From positions 684 through 64,683 of the forward strand of contig CAYPCX010000001.1 of NCBI GenBank assembly GCA_964409365.1: DNA of 64,000 nucleotides, in the 5' to 3' direction. The notes beneath the pieces are model-generated. The model had not been told where the DNA came from and searched no databases. It saw only the letters and a program-made list of their open reading frames with translations. This stretch comes from an uncultured Planctomycetia bacterium. GTDB taxonomy: Bacteria; Omnitrophota; Gorgyraeia; Tantalellales; Tantalellaceae. This document shows, in pieces, positions 58,544 through 64,000 of the stretch. The translations under genes were made by a program, and so were the position numbers. Position 1 is the stretch's first letter; the number at the start of each line of letters is the position of its first letter.

Positions 58544-60223
58544 ATGATGGAAAAGAACAATAACAAAGGTCCCGGAGCCGGGCAGGACGATCCGGGGATC
58601 AGTGTATCCGGCGACCTGGCCGGGACGGTCGTCGATACGGTCCGCGAGCCGCTGGTTATCCTGGACGGCGACTTGAGGGTGATGTCAGCCAACAGGTCCT
58701 TCTACGATGTCTTCAAGGTAAAGCCCGGCCGGACCGAAAAGGAGCTTATCTATGATATCGGCAACCGCCAGTGGGACATACCCGAACTGCGGCGCCTCTT
58801 GGAGGAGATAATCCCCAAACACGCGTCATTCGACGATTTCGAGGTCAGGCATGATTTTCCGGATATCGGCAGGCGGATCATGCTCCTGAACGCCCGGCGC
58901 ATACCAAGGCCGCCGCAAAAGCCCAGGATGATCCTGCTGGCGATCGAGGACATCACCGAGCGCAGGCGCCTGGAGGACATGCTGGAGACCTCCGAAGAGC
59001 GTTATCGCGGGGCCTTCGAGACGGCGCATGACGGGATGCTCCTGGTGGACAAGGTCGACGGACGGATACTCAGCTCGAACGAGGCGGCCCAGGAATTACT
59101 CGGCTATTCCCATGAGAGCTTCTCGGAGAGAAAGATCTGGGATATCGGCATGGTGGAAGACGAAGCGGCGTTCCGGGAGGCAGCGCCCTTGTTGGAGAAA
59201 AATGGATTCATATTTTACGTCGACACGCCCGTCAGGACCAGCGAAGGGCGCGAGATAAGCGCGGACATCTACCTGATCGACAGGGCAAAGGTCATCCAGT
59301 GCAGTGTCCGGGACATCACCGGGCGCAAGAAGATAGAGGAGGAGACAAAAAGAGCCAGGGATGAGTACAGGGACATAGCTAACCTTGCGCAGGATATCAT
59401 AGGAAGAACGGATAGAGACGGAAAGTGGATATTTCTGAATGATTATGCCTATAGATTTTGGGGCTATACAGAAGAAGATATGATCGGGACATCTTTTGCC
59501 GACTACATACATCCTGATGATAAAAAAAGGACATTGGCTGTAATTGAGAAAGCGATCATGGAAAAACGCACGGAAAGAGGATTAACGAACAGGCAGAGAA
59601 CTAAAAGCGGATTTAAAGTAGTTGAGTGGTACGGTACGCCTTTTTTTGATGAACAAGGGAACTATATTGGTTTTCAGGCATCAGGGCGAGATATAACCGA
59701 ACGCGAGAAGGCGGAGCTAGAGCTGAAAAAGAACGAAGAAAAGGTCAGTGCCATACTGCAGTCCGTCCCCGATCACATGAGCATGATGGACAAAGACCTG
59801 AACATCGTCTGGGCCAATGACGTCGCCAAGAGGATTTTCGGCGAGGATATAATCGGCAAAAAATGCTATACCGTGTACCATGGAAGAAAAGAACCGTGCG
59901 AGCCGTATCCGTGCCTTACGCTCAAGACGTTCCAGGACGGGAAAATCCATGAACACGACACCCAGGTGACAGATAAAGACGGCAAGATAATATATTTTCA
60001 TTGTACGGCTAACGTGGCGTTAAGAGATGAAGAAGGAAAACCGCAGGCGGTGCTGGAGATATCCAGGGATATCACGGAAAACAAGAAGGCGGAAGAAGAG
60101 CTGAAGAAACGGTTTCACCAATTGGAGGTTTTTCATAAAGCCGCCGTTGACAGGGAGCTCAAGATGAAGCAGCTGGAGGAACGGATAAAAAAGCTGGAAG
60201 CGGAACGGGGAAAGAAAACCTGA
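58544..60223 (+). CDS. Multi-PAS sensor protein (PAS_10-like plus 3 PAS/PAC) with a C-terminal coiled coil and no output domain
   Basis: N-terminal PAS resembling the CheR-associated type (EPLVILDGDLRVMSANRSFYDVF), further PAS/PAC units (VRDITGRKK, SGRDITEREK, ISRDITENKK) and a terminal FHQLEVFHKAAVDRELKMKQLEERIKKLE. Confidence 0.75.
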   Translation: MMEKNNNKGPGAGQDDPGISVSGDLAGTVVDTVREPLVILDGDLRVMSANRSFYDVFKVKPGRTEKELIYDIGNRQWDIPELRRLLEEIIPKHASFDDFEVRHDFPDIGRRIMLLNARRIPRPPQKPRMILLAIEDITERRRLEDMLETSEERYRGAFETAHDGMLLVDKVDGRILSSNEAAQELLGYSHESFSERKIWDIGMVEDEAAFREAAPLLEKNGFIFYVDTPVRTSEGREISADIYLIDRAKVIQCSVRDITGRKKIEEETKRARDEYRDIANLAQDIIGRTDRDGKWIFLNDYAYRFWGYTEEDMIGTSFADYIHPDDKKRTLAVIEKAIMEKRTERGLTNRQRTKSGFKVVEWYGTPFFDEQGNYIGFQASGRDITEREKAELELKKNEEKVSAILQSVPDHMSMMDKDLNIVWANDVAKRIFGEDIIGKKCYTVYHGRKEPCEPYPCLTLKTFQDGKIHEHDTQVTDKDGKIIYFHCTANVALRDEEGKPQAVLEISRDITENKKAEEELKKRFHQLEVFHKAAVDRELKMKQLEERIKKLEAERGKKT

Positions 60224-62343
60224 TGATGAAAACAGGAATAGGCAAAAAGATCACACTGGTTTTATGCTTGATGGGGTTGATACTGGTGTTGTCAGGGGTA
60301 GGCCTTGGATATTATCTCGGTTTCAGGCTCCTGCGGGATACCATCGGGGCGAATCATGTGAGAATGGCAAGTAATCTGGCAGTTTCCACATCATTTATTC
60401 TCGACGATGCGGTAAAAAGTGTAGTCGTACATGCGTCGAACCCCGTGCATGGGAAAGCCATAATGGAAAGCGCGTCAAAGTATGAAGGTAAAGACGCTGA
60501 CGCTATACAAGAGCACTTTCTGGACATGGATGAAAAGTGGTCACGGGCGGAGGCCGACAGCCCTATCGTGATGGAATATTTAAGCGGCGAAAGTGCCGAG
60601 AGACTGGGAGAATACGCGACGAAGGGTAAGGTTATAGCCGAGATATTCATTACAAATAGATTTGGAGGCTTGGCCGCCGCATCATCCAAGACTACCGATT
60701 TTTATCAGGCCGATGAAAAGTGGTGGCAGGAAACTTATAACGACGGTAGAGGCGACGTTTATATCGGAGATATCGAATATGATGAATCTTCCGACATGGT
60801 CGGGATGACTGTGGCCGTTCCGGTTAAGGATAAAGATGGCAGGGTGATAGGCGTGATGAAGGCAGTACTGGCTGCCGGCGTACTGTTCAAGCCTATCGGG
60901 AGTTTCGAAATCGGGAAGACCGGCCACGCCGTTCTGGTCGATGCGGATGGTTTAATCATATATCATAAGGGACTAAAGCCTTTAAGCGTGAAATTCTGCG
61001 GCGATAAGGAGCTCGATAGCCTGGTGAATGATCCGAAAAAATGGGGGATCGTAAAAAGCCCCCATACCCATGCGGGGGAAAACATGTTCGTTGGGTTTTC
61101 GGTCGTCGATCACCCGCTTTTATCTGAAGAGGGAATGATCTGGAGGATTTTTGTCGATGAGGATTGCCGCGAAGTCTTTTACCCGCTCAGGGCGCTCTTT
61201 ATCCAGATGGGTTTGACCATGGGGTTAGTGTTGCTCATTTTGATCCCTTTTGGTTTTATTTTTGGCGGTATCCTGGTAAAGCCTGTAAAAAAGCTACATG
61301 AAGCCGTCGAACATATCGGCAAGGGGGATCTGGATTACCCGATAGACATAAGGACGGGCGACGAGATCGAACAGCTCGCGGATTCGTTCAAGGTCATGGT
61401 TTTAAAGATAAAGGACAGAGAAAAAGAATTGGAAGAACTGAACGAGACACTGGAGAAAAGGGTTGCAGAAAGGACCCTTGATCTGCAGAGGGCCCAGGAT
61501 GCCACGTTGCATCTGCTCGAGGACCTGCAGAAGTCCAAGGAGGAACTCGACGAGGCGTTGAAAAAAGAGATAAAGGGGCGCGAAATACTGAAAAGCATGC
61601 TGGAAGACAACAATGATGTAAGAAAGCGCTTGGAAGAGAAGCTTGCGGAACTGAAGTTGACACAGGATGTGCTTGTCCAGTCGGAGAAACTTGTTTCTAT
61701 CGGGCGACTTGTTTCCGAAATGGCTCACGAGGTAAATAACCCCCTCCAGGCGATATCCGGTAGGGCCCAGCTTTCTCTCATGGATGAAATACCCAACAAG
61801 GAACTGGAAGAAAACCTGAAGATCATAGAAAGCCAATGCTACCGGGCGCGGGACATAATCAAGAGACTCCTCGAGTTCTCAAGGCCAAGCAAGGGGAAGA
61901 CCCAGGAGAAGGACCTCAAGGACATAGCGGAAGAGGTCATAAAACTCGTGGAACATCAGTATTTACTTGTGGATGTAAAAATATTACGAAAATATTCTCC
62001 TGAGGAGCTCAAGGTCGAGGTGGATGTTAACCAGGTAGAAGAGGTTTTCTTCAATATCATAAAGAACGCTTCGGAGGCGATGGAATATGGCGGAAATATT
62101 ACGGTAGCCACTTCAAAAGAAGGCGATAAGGCGAAGATAACTTTCAAGGATACCGGAAGCGGAATGTCCGAGGAAGTCATGAAGAACATATTTGACCCCT
62201 TTTACACCACAAAAAAAGACGGAACGGGTCTGGGGCTTTCGGTATGTTACGGCCTCATCAAGGATCATGGCGGCGAATTGAGATATGAGAGCAAACCCGC
62301 GCAAGGCACGACCGCCATTATCACGTTCCCTATGCGAGGATAA
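60223..62343 (+). CDS. Sensor histidine kinase with periplasmic Cache-like domain, HAMP, long coiled coil, HisKA and HATPase_c
   Basis: TM1 around residues 12-32, an approximately 280 aa periplasmic domain, TM2 around 313-335, HAMP, H-box (VSEMAHEVNNPLQAISGRAQLSL) and ATP-lid motifs (DTGSGM...GTGLGLSV). Confidence 0.85.
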   Translation: MMKTGIGKKITLVLCLMGLILVLSGVGLGYYLGFRLLRDTIGANHVRMASNLAVSTSFILDDAVKSVVVHASNPVHGKAIMESASKYEGKDADAIQEHFLDMDEKWSRAEADSPIVMEYLSGESAERLGEYATKGKVIAEIFITNRFGGLAAASSKTTDFYQADEKWWQETYNDGRGDVYIGDIEYDESSDMVGMTVAVPVKDKDGRVIGVMKAVLAAGVLFKPIGSFEIGKTGHAVLVDADGLIIYHKGLKPLSVKFCGDKELDSLVNDPKKWGIVKSPHTHAGENMFVGFSVVDHPLLSEEGMIWRIFVDEDCREVFYPLRALFIQMGLTMGLVLLILIPFGFIFGGILVKPVKKLHEAVEHIGKGDLDYPIDIRTGDEIEQLADSFKVMVLKIKDREKELEELNETLEKRVAERTLDLQRAQDATLHLLEDLQKSKEELDEALKKEIKGREILKSMLEDNNDVRKRLEEKLAELKLTQDVLVQSEKLVSIGRLVSEMAHEVNNPLQAISGRAQLSLMDEIPNKELEENLKIIESQCYRARDIIKRLLEFSRPSKGKTQEKDLKDIAEEVIKLVEHQYLLVDVKILRKYSPEELKVEVDVNQVEEVFFNIIKNASEAMEYGGNITVATSKEGDKAKITFKDTGSGMSEEVMKNIFDPFYTTKKDGTGLGLSVCYGLIKDHGGELRYESKPAQGTTAIITFPMRG

Positions 62344-62348
62344 TTATC

Positions 62349-62720
62349 ATGCACAGGATATTACTGGTAGAGGATGAGACGGAGATATTGAAGATCGTGA
62401 AACAGTTCCTGGAAAGGAACGGCTTTGACGTAATAGCCGCATCGACGGGCAGAAAGGCTGTTGATATAGTCGCATCCGGAGAAAAAGTCGATCTGGCCGT
62501 GCTTGACGTCAAAATGCCCGGGATGAACGGCTTAGATTGCATGAAAGCGATCAGGAAGATAAAACCCTCTCTGCCCGCTTTTTTTCTGACAGGTTCAATA
62601 GACAGGGCAAAGTATATGGAAGACCTGGAAACACTGGGCGTTGACCCGGAAGACGTATTTCAGAAACCCGTAGATCTTTATGAACTTGTTGGACGGATCA
62701 AAGAAAGGCTCTACGGATAG
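62349..62720 (+). CDS. Single-domain response regulator (receiver only)
   Basis: ILLVEDE...DLAVLDVKMPGMNG...FFLTGS. 123 aa. Confidence 0.8.
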   Translation: MHRILLVEDETEILKIVKQFLERNGFDVIAASTGRKAVDIVASGEKVDLAVLDVKMPGMNGLDCMKAIRKIKPSLPAFFLTGSIDRAKYMEDLETLGVDPEDVFQKPVDLYELVGRIKERLYG

Positions 62721-62772
62721 ATCATATATCGCGGGAGATATTTTTTTATTGGAATAAAGATCAAAAAGGGGG

Positions 62773-63144
62773 ATGATGAAAGCGAAGATTTTAGTGGTCG
62801 ATGACGAGAAGGTGATCCGCGATATGTTGGAGAAGTTTCTCAGCAGAAAGGGGTATGAGGTGGTAACGGCTGACTCAGGCCAGAAGGCCCTGGAAAAACT
62901 GAAGACCGAGAAACCGAAAGTCATACTTCTGGACATAAGGATGCCGGGAATGGGCGGGGTGGAGGCCATAAAGAAGATACGTGAAATCGACAAGGATGTA
63001 GGTGTCATCATGGCCACAGCAGTCATGGATGAAGAAGTCGCAAAGGAGACAATTGGATTGGGCGCGGCGGATTATATTGTAAAACCTTTCGATCTTGACT
63101 ACATGGAAAAGAGCCTGATGGTAAAATTGGCGACGATGCTCTGA
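62773..63144 (+). CDS. Single-domain response regulator (receiver only)
   Basis: ILVVDDE...VILLDIRMPGMGG...ADYIVKPFDLD. 123 aa. Confidence 0.8.
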   Translation: MMKAKILVVDDEKVIRDMLEKFLSRKGYEVVTADSGQKALEKLKTEKPKVILLDIRMPGMGGVEAIKKIREIDKDVGVIMATAVMDEEVAKETIGLGAADYIVKPFDLDYMEKSLMVKLATML

Positions 63145-63511
63145 AATAATAACTTATGATCCTTCCCTTAACAGGTTTTTCTCTTCTTTCGGGCTGATTA
63201 TGATATAATTAGCGCGTTCTCCAAAATGACAATTCATAAAAAGAGGCGAAAATAAAGTGGCAAGTCAAGGAAACAAAGGAACTTCTGACAATACCGGAAA
63301 GCGTCTTTTCATCAAAACCTTCGGATGCCCCCTCGCTCGTTTCTCGAGCTTTGCTCTCGGCGCTCGCTTAGGATCAACCAAAAGTTTTGAGTGTGGGGGT
63401 TCCTTGCCGTGAGTAAACGGATCTTTCTCAAAACTTTCGGTTGACCGTTGGTTACAGTAGCGCGAGATGATAATCAAAATAATGAAAATGCTTAAATAAA
63501 TATAAGGGGAT

Positions 63512-64000
63512 ATGAATACTGAACTTAAAAGAGAGCTAAACTTACTCGATATTTTCTGCCTGGCTTCGGGAGCCATGATAAGCTCGGGGATCTTCATATT
63601 GCCCGGCCTGGCATATAGAGAAGCGGGTCCTTTGGTCTTTATTTCTTATTTTATTGCCGGAATACTGGCTCTTATGGGAACTTTGAGCATAATCGAACTT
63701 GCCACCGCCATGCCAAAGGCCGGAGGGGACTATTTTTTTATTACCAGAAGTCTTGGACCTTTGGTTGGGACGGTTTCCTCTTTTTTAAGCTGGACAGCTC
63801 TTTGCCTGAAAGCAGCTTTTGCCGTTTTCGGTATAGCAGAGATATTGTATTTAACATTTGGTTTTCCTGTTTTACTGTCTTCTTTTTTTATTTGCCTGTG
63901 TTTCATAATTCTGAATATTTGGGGAGTGAAAGAGGCTGCAAAGTTTGAAGTAATTCTCGTCCTGGGTCTTTTTGCCATAATGCTTTTTCTGATCATCGGA
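63512..64000 (+). CDS. Amino acid permease (APC superfamily), N-terminal part; continues past the window end
   Basis: RBS aagggga then ATG. LLDIFCLASGAMISSGIFILPG is the APC TM1 signature. The frame is open to position 64000. Confidence 0.75.
   Translation, partial: MNTELKRELNLLDIFCLASGAMISSGIFILPGLAYREAGPLVFISYFIAGILALMGTLSIIELATAMPKAGGDYFFITRSLGPLVGTVSSFLSWTALCLKAAFAVFGIAEILYLTFGFPVLLSSFFICLCFIILNIWGVKEAAKFEVILVLGLFAIMLFLIIG

Overview
This is a 64 kb bacterial chromosomal segment with about 52% GC. All 55 protein genes I can support lie on the + strand, with no tRNA, rRNA, CRISPR array or transposase detected. The lineage is unassignable from sequence alone; the gene content suggests an uncultivated anaerobe or microaerophile. 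Gene content in order: (1) a complete MoxR–DUF58–BatA/B/C/D/E aerotolerance-type operon; (2) methionine synthase, a small Cys-rich protein and mnmG; (3) two radical-SAM proteins, a two-component system, two aldolases and exonuclease III; (4) a D-Ala-D-Ala carboxypeptidase followed by a 613 bp structured non-coding region; (5) a glycogen cluster built almost entirely of GH57 enzymes, including a 1028 aa GH57::GlgA fusion, plus DUF4912, DUF2934 and GlgC; (6) NAD salvage genes and a purF-like gene; (7) an RND efflux operon whose outer-membrane component is fused to a periplasmic COG2984-type solute-binding domain; (8) a K+ channel, a GGDEF response regulator, a membrane PP2C phosphatase and a GT-C-like protein; (9) a block of small redox-flavoured genes (hemerythrin, cupin, TrmO-like, CoA-disulfide-reductase-like); (10) a dense signalling cluster of output-less PAS proteins, a Cache sensor kinase and two stand-alone receivers; (11) the start of an amino-acid permease. 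The intergenic DNA is unusually rich in repeats. There are heptamer tandem arrays (STRR-like), a five-copy family of long structured terminator-like hairpins with compensatory stem changes, a two-copy 90 nt hairpin-core element, and a two-copy hairpin that brackets the Bat block. No single compact locus stands out as one clearly novel system; the two gene-fusion architectures, the signalling cluster and the repeat families are the best candidates and are scored individually below.
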